Source: Burkholderiales bacterium
GTDB lineage: Bacteria; Pseudomonadota; Gammaproteobacteria; Burkholderiales; Burkholderiaceae_C
Direction of reading: 5' to 3'
NCBI GenBank assembly: GCA_947446685.1
Contig: CANFIC010000001.1
Coordinates: forward strand, 1 to 43,569
Length of the DNA stretch: 43,569 nucleotides
Under the pieces are notes generated by a model, which saw only the letters and a list, made by a program, of their open reading frames with translations, was not told the DNA's origin and ran no database searches. Shown here one piece after another: positions 1-9,345 of this stretch. Every line of letters starts with the position of its first letter. The first letter of the stretch is position 1. A program made the position numbers and the translations under genes.

Positions 1-641
1 GTACGCACGCCCGGGCTGGCCAATGCGGTGTACTGGAAAGGCGGTGAGGTGAACAAGGAGGTGATCTCGGCCGAGCCCGAAAGCATCGTCTGGAGCCCCT
101 CGGGATGGGGCAGGTTCACCATCAGCGGGTTGAGCTTGCGATAGTTCTCGATCCCGAACTCTTTGGCGACTGCCATCTGCAGGTACACCGTCTGCACCGA
201 AGACCCGGCACCGGCCATCGAGATGCGATCCTTCTCGGTGAAGTCGCGCACGGTCTTGATGGCGGGATTGCGCGTCACCAGAAGGTTCGGCATTGAAGAA
301 AGCGCAGCGACGCCACGCACATCCAGCGAACTGCGCGTCTTGTCCCAAAGAATGATGGCCGGCCCGGTGCCTCCTGACGCGAAGTGCAGCCCGCCAGAAA
401 GCAGCGCATCATTGGCTGCCGCACCTGCCGCCAGACGCATCCAGGACACTTTGGTGGTGCCCAGATTCGCCTTGGCCAGATGCTTCTCTACCAACTTGTC
501 GACCTGCATCACCGTCAGCGGCAGGTAGCCGATGCCGTATTGGGATGCGAGTTTGACCTCGTCGACCTCGGCGCGCGCAGGGCCGCCGAAACTCAGGGTG
601 ATGGCAGCCAGCAGGCCACCGATCAGGGTTCTCTTGTCCAT
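1..641 (-). CDS. ABC transporter substrate-binding protein, NitT/TauT (SsuA-like) family; 3' end runs off the window
   Basis: Not in the ORF track because it has no stop in the window. Hand translation from ATG at 641 (AAGGAGA RBS upstream) gives MDKRTLIGGLLAAITLSFGGPARA|EVDEVKLASQYGIGYLPLTVM...NDALLSGGLHFASGG, i.e. a signal peptide plus family-typical motifs. Confidence 0.85.
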   Translation of the reverse strand, partial: MDKRTLIGGLLAAITLSFGGPARAEVDEVKLASQYGIGYLPLTVMQVDKLVEKHLAKANLGTTKVSWMRLAAGAAANDALLSGGLHFASGGTGPAIILWDKTRSSLDVRGVAALSSMPNLLVTRNPAIKTVRDFTEKDRISMAGAGSSVQTVYLQMAVAKEFGIENYRKLNPLMVNLPHPEGLQTMLSGSAEITSLFTSPPFQYTALASPGVR

Positions 642-717
642 TGCCTTGTCTCCTTGGTTTTGGGCCGATCAGGATGACGGTGCCATCCTGCCCCAACGCC
701 GGGTGGCGTCGATCGGT

Positions 718-2325
718 TCAAGGGCGAACTCCGAACTTGGGTTTCTGTCCGAGCGTGGTCTGCAACCTGCCTTGGGCCGCGTCGATGAAGCGGCACAGAT
801 AAGGGCGCGTTTCGCGCGGGTCGATGATTTCTTCAACGCCAAAGGCCTCAGCGGTGCGGTAAGGCGATGCAAGCGCTCGCAACTCGGCCTCGATTTCGCG
901 CTCGCGGCTCTTCGGGTCGGCGGCGCTGGCGATGTCTTTACGAAACGCGGCAGCGACGCCGCCTTCGATCGGCAGCGAGCCCCATTCAGCGCTGGGCCAG
1001 GCGATCTTCAGGTCAAGGCCGTTCTTGTCGGTCGTCCCCATGCCAGCCATCCCGTAGCACTTGCGGATGACCACAGTGTAAATTGGCACCGTCGCCTGCA
1101 GACCCACGTAGACCGAGCGCATGCCTTCGCGCAGGGTGGCTGCTGCCTCGGCGTCCTTGCCCACCATAAAGCCCGGCACATCGACGAAGAAGATCAGCGG
1201 AATATGGAAGCAGTCGCAGAGTTCGACGAAATGGGTCTGCTTGCGCGCGGCACGAACGTCGATGGCCCCGCCATAGATCATCGGGTTGTTGGCAATGATG
1301 CCCACCACCTTGCCATTCATGCGTGCCAGGCAAGTGATCACGGCCTTGCCGAAACTGGGCTGGATCTCGAACACCGAATCCAGGTCCGCCACCATGCGCA
1401 CCAGCTTCTTCATGTCATAGGGCGTGCGGCGACTTTCAGGAACGATGCGGGCCAGCGCGTCTTCGCAGCGGTCGACGCGGTCGCCGCTGTGCACCACCGG
1501 CGGCAATTCCCAGACGTTCTGCGGCATATAGCTGAGGTAGCGCCGGATGAGCTCGAAACAATGCTTCTCGTCGGTGGCCACATTGTCGATCGTGCCCGCC
1601 ATATCGACGGCGATGCCGGGGCCGCCTAACTCCTCCTTGGTCACCTTCTGGCCGAGCGATCGCTCCACCACCGGCGGACCGGCGGCAAAGACCTGACTCG
1701 TGTTCTTCACCATCACCGACCAATGCGACAGGATGGCCCGGCCGGCCGGCCCACCGGCGGCAGTGCCCATCACGGCACAGACCACCGGCACTTCGCCCAT
1801 CAACTGCACCGACCGTTCGAAACCATGCACACCCGGAAAAACCGAATGCCCGCGGCGGTTGATGGAGGTGACGCTACCGCCCGCACCGTCGATCAGGTTG
1901 ACCAGCGGCAGGCGGTACTGATGCGCCAGGTCCTCGACAAAACCCCCTTGCCCACCCTTTTTGCGGTCGCCGCTCCAACTGGTGCCGCCGCGCACGGTGA
2001 AGTCTTCGCCGCCGATCGCCACCGGCCGGTTACCGATCGAGGCCAGGCCCATCACATAGGGCGCCGGTGTCACGCCGACCAGTTTGTCGCCGTCGTAATG
2101 TCCCTGGCCGGTGAGCTTGCCGACCTCCTGGAACGAACCCTCGTCGACCAAGCCGCTGATGCGCTCGCGAATCGTCAGCCGTCCTTGCTCATGGTGCCGC
2201 GCCACTGAAGCCGCGCCGCCCAATTGCTCAGCCTGGGCGCGGCGGAAGGAAAGTTCCGGCAGGCTTGCCGCGTCGGCGCCAGCCGCCAATGCTTCGCTTG
2301 AATGGGTGGGCAGCGAAGTCATCAT
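718..2325 (-). CDS. Acyl-CoA carboxylase carboxyltransferase subunit (CT-2)
   Basis: 535 aa; GRLTIRERI, GEDFTVRGGT, CDCFHIPLIFFVDVPGFMVG, IRKCYG, EIIDPRETR motifs of the carboxyl_trans family. Confidence 0.92.
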   Translation of the reverse strand: MMTSLPTHSSEALAAGADAASLPELSFRRAQAEQLGGAASVARHHEQGRLTIRERISGLVDEGSFQEVGKLTGQGHYDGDKLVGVTPAPYVMGLASIGNRPVAIGGEDFTVRGGTSWSGDRKKGGQGGFVEDLAHQYRLPLVNLIDGAGGSVTSINRRGHSVFPGVHGFERSVQLMGEVPVVCAVMGTAAGGPAGRAILSHWSVMVKNTSQVFAAGPPVVERSLGQKVTKEELGGPGIAVDMAGTIDNVATDEKHCFELIRRYLSYMPQNVWELPPVVHSGDRVDRCEDALARIVPESRRTPYDMKKLVRMVADLDSVFEIQPSFGKAVITCLARMNGKVVGIIANNPMIYGGAIDVRAARKQTHFVELCDCFHIPLIFFVDVPGFMVGKDAEAAATLREGMRSVYVGLQATVPIYTVVIRKCYGMAGMGTTDKNGLDLKIAWPSAEWGSLPIEGGVAAAFRKDIASAADPKSREREIEAELRALASPYRTAEAFGVEEIIDPRETRPYLCRFIDAAQGRLQTTLGQKPKFGVRP

Positions 2326-2546
2326 CAGTCTTCCAGCACCGCAACCACCTGACCCTCGCGGACCGCCTCGCCTTCGGCCACGCTCAAGGCCACCAGCGTG
2401 CCGCCGTCTTCAGCCATGACCGGAATTTCCATCTTCATCGACTCCAGGATCATGATGGTGTCGCCCGCTTCCAGGCGACTGCCCACAACGGCGAGGATTT
2501 TCCACACCGATCCGGTGACTTCTGCCTTGGCTTCGATCTTGCTCAT
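2325..2546 (-). CDS. Biotin carboxyl carrier protein (stand-alone biotinyl domain)
   Basis: 73 aa; ILESMKMEIPV biotinylation motif; stop overlaps the start of the next gene. Confidence 0.92.
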   Translation of the reverse strand: MSKIEAKAEVTGSVWKILAVVGSRLEAGDTIMILESMKMEIPVMAEDGGTLVALSVAEGEAVREGQVVAVLED

Positions 2547-2582
2547 TGCGGCTCCTGACTTTGAGTTGATGGTGCTGCCGCC

Positions 2583-3944
2583 TCAGGCGCGCACCGGATG
2601 GTTCATCACATCAGCCAGCAAGCCGGTGTGAACGTTGCCGGCTCGGAACTCTGGCGCTGCCAGAATTTCCAGCAGCGCGGGGATGTTGTTCTTGACTCCT
2701 TCGATGCGAAAGGCGCGCAGCGCCTTCATCAGCCCTTCGATGGCCTCGTCGCGGGTAGCCGCATGCACGATCACCTTGGCCAGCAATGGGTCGTAATGCG
2801 GCGTCACTTCCTGGCCCTGGGCATAACCACATTCCACCCGCACATCGGGGTCGCAAGGCGGTACAAAGACGTCCAACCGACCCGGGGATGGAAAGAATCG
2901 CTTGGGGTCTTCCGCATAGACGCGGGCCTGGATGGCATGCCCGCTGCAGGGGATCGACGCAGGCAGGAAGTCCGCCAAGCGCTCACCAGCTGCCGAGCGA
3001 ACCTGGGCCGCCACCAAGTCAATGCCGCTGACCTCCTCGGTCACGCCATGCTCAACCTGCAAGCGTGTATTCATTTCCAGGAAGCTGAATTCGCCATCGG
3101 GACCCATCAGCATCTCGACGGTGCCGATATTGTCGTAGCCCATGCTGCGCAAGGTTCCGGCGATTCGGTCGGCAAGCGCACCCACGACCTTGCGGTCCAG
3201 GCCCGGCGCCGGCGACTCCTCGATCAACTTCTGATGGCGGCGCTGCACCGAACAGTCGCGCTCATGCAGATGCACCAGGCCACCATGCCGGTCACCCAGA
3301 ATCTGGAACTCGACGTGACGCGGTCGGTCCACCAGGCGCTCGAGGTAGACCTCGGCGTTGGCAAAACCCCGCTGCGCCATGGACGCAGCACGCTCGATCG
3401 CACCCAGCAGTTCCTGTGGTGACCTGGCCGGCAGCATGCCAATGCCGCCCCCACCCGAAGCCGGCTTCACCAGGACGGGGTAGCCAATGGCCTGGGCCGC
3501 ACGCAGCATCGCGTCGGCATCGCCAGCCAGCACGGAAGATCCCAGCCCCACCGGCATGCCATGCCTTGCCGCCAGTTCGCGGGCGCGGGTCTTGTGGCCC
3601 ATGGCTTCGATCCAATGCGGAGACGGCCCGATGAAACGGGCGCCGGTGGCCTCGACCTGCGCCGCAAAGACCGCGTTCTCGGACAGAAATCCATAACCCG
3701 GGTGCAACCCGTCGGCACCGGTCCGGCGCACCACCTCGAGCAGCCTGTCTGCGTTCAAGTAGCTTTCGCGTGCCGGCGCCGGGCCGATGCACAGGGCTTC
3801 TTGCGCCAACGCCAGATAGGGCGCGTTGGCATCGGCTTCGGAGTACACCGCCACCGAGGGCACCCCCAGCGTGCGCAGCGACCGCAGCACCCGGGCTGCG
3901 ACTGCACCCCGATTGGCGACCACGACCTTCTTGAACATGGCCAT
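2583..3944 (-). CDS. Biotin carboxylase subunit
   Basis: KKVVVANRG, HPGYGFLSEN, GGGGIGM, RDCSVQRRHQK, EMNTRLQVEH, YDPLLAKVI motifs. Confidence 0.95.
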   Translation of the reverse strand: MAMFKKVVVANRGAVAARVLRSLRTLGVPSVAVYSEADANAPYLALAQEALCIGPAPARESYLNADRLLEVVRRTGADGLHPGYGFLSENAVFAAQVEATGARFIGPSPHWIEAMGHKTRARELAARHGMPVGLGSSVLAGDADAMLRAAQAIGYPVLVKPASGGGGIGMLPARSPQELLGAIERAASMAQRGFANAEVYLERLVDRPRHVEFQILGDRHGGLVHLHERDCSVQRRHQKLIEESPAPGLDRKVVGALADRIAGTLRSMGYDNIGTVEMLMGPDGEFSFLEMNTRLQVEHGVTEEVSGIDLVAAQVRSAAGERLADFLPASIPCSGHAIQARVYAEDPKRFFPSPGRLDVFVPPCDPDVRVECGYAQGQEVTPHYDPLLAKVIVHAATRDEAIEGLMKALRAFRIEGVKNNIPALLEILAAPEFRAGNVHTGLLADVMNHPVRA

Positions 3945-3946
3945 GG

Positions 3947-5506
3947 TCAGAAGCTCGTCGGCCAGTTGGCCAGGCGGTGCTCGCCGATGCCGTTGTTCAG
4001 GCGGCTGCGGTGCAGATCCAGCATCCGGATCAGATAAGCGCGGGTGTCGGCCGGGTCGATGACCGACTGCACGGCGTAGATGGAAGCGGCGTCCCAGATT
4101 TCGTTGCCGCGGTTCATATTGGCCAGGGATTCATCGAAGCCGGGGTCGCCAGCGTCCAGGCCATGCACGACCTTCACTGCGAAGCGCGGGTCCATGAAGC
4201 TGACCTCGGCAGTTGGCCAGGCGATGACCTCGTCCGAGTTCTTGCCGCCACCCATATTCAGGTAGGCCTGGCCGTAGCTCTTGCGCAGAATGATCGACAG
4301 CTTGGGTACCGACATCAACGCGAGGGCATTCATCATGTTCATGATCTTGCCGGGGGCGCGCTTGCGCTCGGCCTCGGCACCAATCACGAAACCTGGCGTG
4401 TCAACAAAGGTCAGCACCGGGATGTTGAACGAATCACACAGCACCAGGAAGCTGGTGATCTTCTCGCAGGCGTCCGTGTCCAAGGCGCCGCCTTTGACCA
4501 AAGGGTTGTTGGCCACGATGCCGACACTGCGGCCTTCCAACCGGGCCAAACCGGTGACCGCCACCTTGCCGAAGCGCGCCTTCAACTCGAAAAAGCTGTC
4601 CTTGTCGACGATGGTGCGAACGATGGTGCGAACGTCATAGACCTGGGTGCGCCGCTGCGGCAACAGGCCCAGGATGCCTGCCATGCCTGCGCCTGAGCCT
4701 TCGGGGACTGCATGCACCGGCGGCAATTCGTTCTGATGCCCGGGCAGATAGGACAGAAAGGCTTTGATGGCGTCCAGCGCCTGCTCGTCGGTGTCCACCA
4801 CGAGGTCGGCAAATCCGGTGGTCTCGGCATGCAAGCGCCAGCCGCCCAGGTCTTCGGGGTCGACCTCTTCCTTGATGGCCAGCGATGTGAGCAGCGCGCT
4901 CGACACCGCCAGCACGGCGCCCTTGCGGATGACGCAGAAATCCGAGAGCACCGCATACCAGGACGACGAGCCATAGGAGTAGCCCAGAGTGGCCGATGCC
5001 CAGGGCGATTCCCTCGTCCGCTGGTACTGCGTGCCATCGTTGCCCAGCAGCGCGCCCATGCCGCGCGAGCCCATGGTGTCGGGCATGCGCGCGCCTGACG
5101 ACTCGCCGAGAAAGACCATTGGCAAGCCGCGCCGCGTGGCCACCTGCTTCATGTGGGCGATCTTGCGGCCATTGGTGCTGCTGCTCGACGCACCCATGAC
5201 GGTGAAATCATTGACCACCAAGGCCGCATCGCGTGACCGGATCCGGCCGAAGCCGGCGATCTTGCCATCGGCCGGGGTCTTCTCGCGATCGGCCGGGTTG
5301 GACGCCGAAGTTCCGAACAGACCCGACTCGATGAAGCTGCCGGGGTCGCACAGATAGTCGATGCGTTCGCGCGCATTCAACACGCCCATTGCCTTGCGGC
5401 GCAACAACTTGCCTTCGCCGCCCATGGCCAAGGCCGCAGTCTCACGGCGGTGGAAGTCGGCCATCGAGGCCTCGGCGGCGGAAAGGGTTGGATCGACGGG
5501 GGTCAT
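3947..5506 (-). CDS. Acyl-CoA carboxylase carboxyltransferase subunit (CT-1)
   Basis: 519 aa; LNARERIDYLCDPGSF, NDFTVMGAS, SSGARM, CDSFNIPVLTFVDTPGF, LRKSYGQAY, VIDPADTR. Confidence 0.92.
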   Translation of the reverse strand: MTPVDPTLSAAEASMADFHRRETAALAMGGEGKLLRRKAMGVLNARERIDYLCDPGSFIESGLFGTSASNPADREKTPADGKIAGFGRIRSRDAALVVNDFTVMGASSSSTNGRKIAHMKQVATRRGLPMVFLGESSGARMPDTMGSRGMGALLGNDGTQYQRTRESPWASATLGYSYGSSSWYAVLSDFCVIRKGAVLAVSSALLTSLAIKEEVDPEDLGGWRLHAETTGFADLVVDTDEQALDAIKAFLSYLPGHQNELPPVHAVPEGSGAGMAGILGLLPQRRTQVYDVRTIVRTIVDKDSFFELKARFGKVAVTGLARLEGRSVGIVANNPLVKGGALDTDACEKITSFLVLCDSFNIPVLTFVDTPGFVIGAEAERKRAPGKIMNMMNALALMSVPKLSIILRKSYGQAYLNMGGGKNSDEVIAWPTAEVSFMDPRFAVKVVHGLDAGDPGFDESLANMNRGNEIWDAASIYAVQSVIDPADTRAYLIRMLDLHRSRLNNGIGEHRLANWPTSF

Positions 5507-6774
5507 GCCTTGCCCATTGTGGTGGTGTCAGGGCCGCACAGGACCACGCCTGATGCGGAGAGTTCAGCGATGCGCTCGTCCGACAAGCCCAGCACGGAGC
5601 GCAGGACCTGGCGCGTGTCCTGCCCGACGCGGTGGCCACTGTGACGCACGGCGCCAGGCGTGTCGGACAGGCGTGGCACCACATTCGCCATGGCGACGCC
5701 GCCGAGTTCATCGTCGGGCGCTTCCACGATGGCGTGACGGGCCTGGTAATGCGGGTCGGCAAAGATGTCGGCGATGGTGAAGATGCGGGTGGCTGGCACG
5801 CTGGCCTGAGCCAGCGCTGATTCCAGCTTGGCCAAGGGGTGGGCCAGGGTCCATTGGCCGATCAGTTCGTCGAGTTCATCGTCGTGCTGCGAACGAGACA
5901 CCGCATCCTTGAAGCGCGGGTCGTCGGCCAAGCCCGGCTGTTCCATCGCCACAGCTAGGCGCCGGAAGACAGCATCGCCCATCGCGGTGATGTGGATGTA
6001 GCTGTGGTCACCGGTCGGGTAAAGATTGTTCGGCGTGCTCTCCGGCAAGCGCGAGCCGGCGCGCATGGCGACATGCCCCAGTTTCTGATGCGCCGGGATC
6101 CAGGGTTCCATGAAGCTGAATGCACATTCATAGAGCGCCGCATCGATGCATTGGCCACGCCCGGTGCGGTGTCTGGCCAGCAGCGCCATGCTGGCGCCAA
6201 ACGCGGCATAGAGGCCGGTGATGTAGTCGGTCATCGACACGGCAACGCGCGACGGCGGGCGGTCCGGGTCTCCGGTCAGATGCCGCAAACCACTGACCGC
6301 CTCGCCGATGACGCCATATCCAGCCCGCTGGCTGTAGGGGCCCGTCTGGCCGAAGCCGCTGATTCGCACCATCACCAGCCCGGGATTGCGCTTGGAAAGT
6401 TCCGCATAACCCAGACCCCAATGCTCCAATGCACCGGGGCGGAAGTTCTCGATCAGCACATCGCACTTGGCCGCCAACTCGGCCACCAGCGACTGGCCTT
6501 CAGGCTTGCGCAGGTCAATCGAGGCGAGCTCCTTGTTCCTGAAGATGCTGGCGGCATAGAGCGACTTGCCCTGAAAGCGCTTGCCCATGGTCCGAACCGG
6601 GTCGCCTTCGGGGGGCTCGATCTTGATGACCTCGGCGCCAAAATCGGCCAGCAGTCGTCCGCAAAACGGGCCGGCGACTGTGGAGCCGATCTCGAGCACG
6701 CGCATGCCCGCAAGCGGGCCAATGCGGCCTTCAAGGTGGGCCGCAGCATCAGAGGCGGTGGAGGTTTGGCTCAT
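5503..6774 (-). CDS. CaiB/BaiF family III CoA-transferase
   Basis: GPLAGMRVLE, AGPFCGRLLADFGAEVIKIEPP, RNK, ENFRPG, ISGFGQTGPY motifs. Confidence 0.95.
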   Translation of the reverse strand: MSQTSTASDAAAHLEGRIGPLAGMRVLEIGSTVAGPFCGRLLADFGAEVIKIEPPEGDPVRTMGKRFQGKSLYAASIFRNKELASIDLRKPEGQSLVAELAAKCDVLIENFRPGALEHWGLGYAELSKRNPGLVMVRISGFGQTGPYSQRAGYGVIGEAVSGLRHLTGDPDRPPSRVAVSMTDYITGLYAAFGASMALLARHRTGRGQCIDAALYECAFSFMEPWIPAHQKLGHVAMRAGSRLPESTPNNLYPTGDHSYIHITAMGDAVFRRLAVAMEQPGLADDPRFKDAVSRSQHDDELDELIGQWTLAHPLAKLESALAQASVPATRIFTIADIFADPHYQARHAIVEAPDDELGGVAMANVVPRLSDTPGAVRHSGHRVGQDTRQVLRSVLGLSDERIAELSASGVVLCGPDTTTMGKA

Positions 6775-6784
6775 GGGTGGCGCG

Positions 6785-7501
6785 TTAGAGCAAGTATTTT
6801 TGATAGCGCATCAGGCAGTCCTTGGCACTGCGCATATTGCTGCGGCGCAGACGTTCGGCCGCTGCGGCATCACCTTGACGCATCGCTTGCAGCACGGCCT
6901 GGTGCTCTTGCAAGCCCGCCTTGGCGCGGCCCGGCAGGATGATGATGCGACGAATCAGCACCTGGGTCTTCTCGTAGATGCTGTCCAGCATCTGCGTCAG
7001 GATCGGGTTGGCCGCCGCGGTCTGCGAGCGGCGACGGAACAACTCGTAGCCGGCGATGAAGGCATCAAAGTCGGCGTTTTCGGCGTAGCCCACCATCGGG
7101 CCGTGGAACATCTCGACGAGGTCCTGCCAGGACTCGGCCCGGGAGTTCTCGGTGGCCAGGCGTGAGCACAGCCCCTCAAGCACCTCGCGGGTGTCATAGA
7201 GATGAAACACCTGTTCCATCTCCAGCCGCATGACCACCGCGCCCCGATTGGGGATGCGCTGGATCAGGCCGCGCTGCTCGAGTGCCGCGAGGGCCTCGCG
7301 CACGGCGGTACGCGGCGCGCTGAACTCCTCGGCCAGGTCCTGCTCCAGCAGCTTCGAGCCGGGCGGCACCTGTTGGCTCGCGATGCGGTCGCGCAGCACA
7401 TCGACAATTTCTTGCATGCGGTTGGCAGGCGAAGCCATCGCTAGCTGCGCCGGCGCCTGCCTGCGTGACTTGGGTTTTGCCGAATCTGTAGTCTGAATCA
7501 T
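6785..7501 (-). CDS. GntR (FadR/FCD) family transcriptional regulator
   Basis: PPGSKLLEQDLAEEFSAPRTAVREAL wHTH followed by an FCD-like domain. ATG at 7501 is preferred over the track's TTG at 7540; the start is uncertain (7438 also possible). Confidence 0.9.
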   Translation of the reverse strand: MIQTTDSAKPKSRRQAPAQLAMASPANRMQEIVDVLRDRIASQQVPPGSKLLEQDLAEEFSAPRTAVREALAALEQRGLIQRIPNRGAVVMRLEMEQVFHLYDTREVLEGLCSRLATENSRAESWQDLVEMFHGPMVGYAENADFDAFIAGYELFRRRSQTAAANPILTQMLDSIYEKTQVLIRRIIILPGRAKAGLQEHQAVLQAMRQGDAAAAERLRRSNMRSAKDCLMRYQKYLL

Positions 7502-7530
7502 GACGGATCCGATGGTTGCCTGAAACAAAT

Positions 7531-7551
7531 TTGTAGACAATAGTGTTTACA
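7531..7551. promoter_or_regulatory. Putative GntR/FadR operator: TTGT-AG-ACAA plus a second TGT-TT-ACA site
   Basis: AT-rich dyads in the divergent gntR/tauE intergenic region; they match the TGT-N2-ACA pattern of FadR-subfamily sites. Confidence 0.55.
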
Positions 7552-7617
7552 CCGATGCTCCGAGCAATCTTGAGAGGTTCCAATCCCCAGCATGGATGAC
7601 CTTGGCGCATTGGTGGC

Positions 7618-8388
7618 ATGAACATCGAGACATCGGTGGCCGTACAGATCGTTGGCGGAGCTCTGGTGGCCGGTTTCATCCAGGGCATCTCGGGGTTTGC
7701 CTTCGGCCTGATCGCCACTTCCATCTGGGCCTGGACCATCGAGCCGCAATTGGTGGTACCCACGGTGATCTTCGGTTCCTTGCTCGGGCAGCTGATCTCC
7801 ATCAGCAGTGTGCGCAAGGACATCCGCGCAGCACGCGCCGGCCCCTTTTTGATCGGTGGCATGCTGGGCGTACCGGTGGGCGCTGCCCTGCTGCCGATGC
7901 TGAACGCCAACGTCTTCCGCCTCGGCTTGGGAAGCGTGCTGATCGCCTACTGCTCCGTGGTTTTGCTCGGTGCCCGGTTGCCAAGAATTACACGCATCGG
8001 TCGCGGTGGCGACCTGCTGGTCGGCTGGATCGCCGGCCTGATGGGCGGGGCGAGTGCGCTGTCGGGGCCGCCGATGACCCTGTGGTGCGCGATGCGTGGC
8101 TGGACCAAGGACGAGCAGCGGGCCACCTACCAGTCGTTCTTCGTCGGCACCCAAATCCTGACGATAGTGATCTATGTCGCCACCGGCGTGATCAACCCGC
8201 ATTCGGTGCAACTTTTCTGGCTGGTCGGGCCTCCCATCGTGCTGGCGTCATGGGTGGGTTCGCGCTGGTACAAAGGGCTGTCGGACGCGAAGTTCACACG
8301 CTATTTGTTTCTGATCCTGCTGCTTTCAGGACTGACCTTGGTGTCGACGTCACTGCCCAGATTGCTGATGGCGGCCACGGCAGCTTGA
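7618..8388 (+). CDS. TauE/SafE family membrane transporter (sulfite-exporter-like)
   Basis: 256 aa, about 8 hydrophobic segments; AGFIQGISGFAFGL and GLMGGASALSGPP repeats. Confidence 0.88.
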   Translation: MNIETSVAVQIVGGALVAGFIQGISGFAFGLIATSIWAWTIEPQLVVPTVIFGSLLGQLISISSVRKDIRAARAGPFLIGGMLGVPVGAALLPMLNANVFRLGLGSVLIAYCSVVLLGARLPRITRIGRGGDLLVGWIAGLMGGASALSGPPMTLWCAMRGWTKDEQRATYQSFFVGTQILTIVIYVATGVINPHSVQLFWLVGPPIVLASWVGSRWYKGLSDAKFTRYLFLILLLSGLTLVSTSLPRLLMAATAA

Positions 8389-8506
8389 CTTGCCCATCAA
8401 TTGACCGAAAAGCGCCGCTGATCGCCCGCCTAAAATCCTGCCAGCCCACCCACGGGCACCGATCCGCGTAAATTGCGCTGGCCAATTCAATCTCACATCC
8501 CGTTTC

Positions 8507-9205
8507 ATGCCCGACTCAAGCCCCTGCATCACGATCGAAAACCAAACCCTAAGCAGGTCGAACATGGTCGCCTTGCTGGCCGAAAATCAGGGCACCAGGA
8601 CATTCGAGAAATGCGGCTTCGACGGCGAGGATTTGTCCAAACTTGACCTTCGTGGCGCGCAATTCCGGGGCTGCAGTTTTGCCGAAACCTCGTTCGAGCG
8701 ATCCAACCTTGCCGAGACTTCTTGGCAGGGCTGCAAAGCACGCCAGGCCAACTTTCATCTGGCCGATCTGACCGACGCGAGTTTTTTCCAATGCGACCTG
8801 AACAACACCGCCTGGATGCGGGCCAAGCTGGCCAGTGCGTCGTTCAAAGAGGTCAAGCTGACAGGCGCATCTTTCACCGACGCCCAAACCCTGGGGATCA
8901 CATTTCAGGAGTCATTGCTGGTCGGCGCTGACCTGCGGGGCATCTCATTTCGCAAGCAATCAATAGCAGCGCTGAACTTGTCCGATGCGGACCTGGCAGG
9001 CTGCGATTTTCGCGATGCCGTCTTCGAGGGCGGCAGCTTGCGCAATGCGAATCTGAAGCAGGCCCAGTTTGATCGCGCCGATCTCCGCTGCGTCGACCTG
9101 AGCGGGCTGAAGATCATGGACCTCGGGCAATATTTCAAAGGCAGCATCATCTCGACGGACCAGGCCGCCGCCATGGTCTGTGGCCTGGGGTTGTTGGTGA
9201 GGTGA
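8507..9205 (+). CDS. Pentapeptide repeat protein (Qnr/MfpA-like fold)
   Basis: Continuous A(D/N)Lxx/AxFxx pentapeptides (ADLTD ASFFQ CDLNN TAWMR AKLAS ASFKE...) and a terminal helix ending GLLVR. Confidence 0.9.
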   Translation: MPDSSPCITIENQTLSRSNMVALLAENQGTRTFEKCGFDGEDLSKLDLRGAQFRGCSFAETSFERSNLAETSWQGCKARQANFHLADLTDASFFQCDLNNTAWMRAKLASASFKEVKLTGASFTDAQTLGITFQESLLVGADLRGISFRKQSIAALNLSDADLAGCDFRDAVFEGGSLRNANLKQAQFDRADLRCVDLSGLKIMDLGQYFKGSIISTDQAAAMVCGLGLLVR

Positions 9206-9345
9206 GTCCCGTTTGGCGCTGCGCTAGTCGAAGCGCTGGCTTTGGGTGGTTCGACTAGCTCACCACGAACGGATCGTTGTTGTTTCATGCCCGGGTCGGA
9301 CTGTTTCGTACACAATCGGGCGCCTGCAACCCGGGAGCCCATGCA

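Noticed and set aside
670-690. Hairpin CAGGATG-N7-CATCCTG as a terminator or riboswitch
   Set aside because: No U-tract or aptamer features; at most an intra-operon mRNA stability stem before the binding-protein gene.
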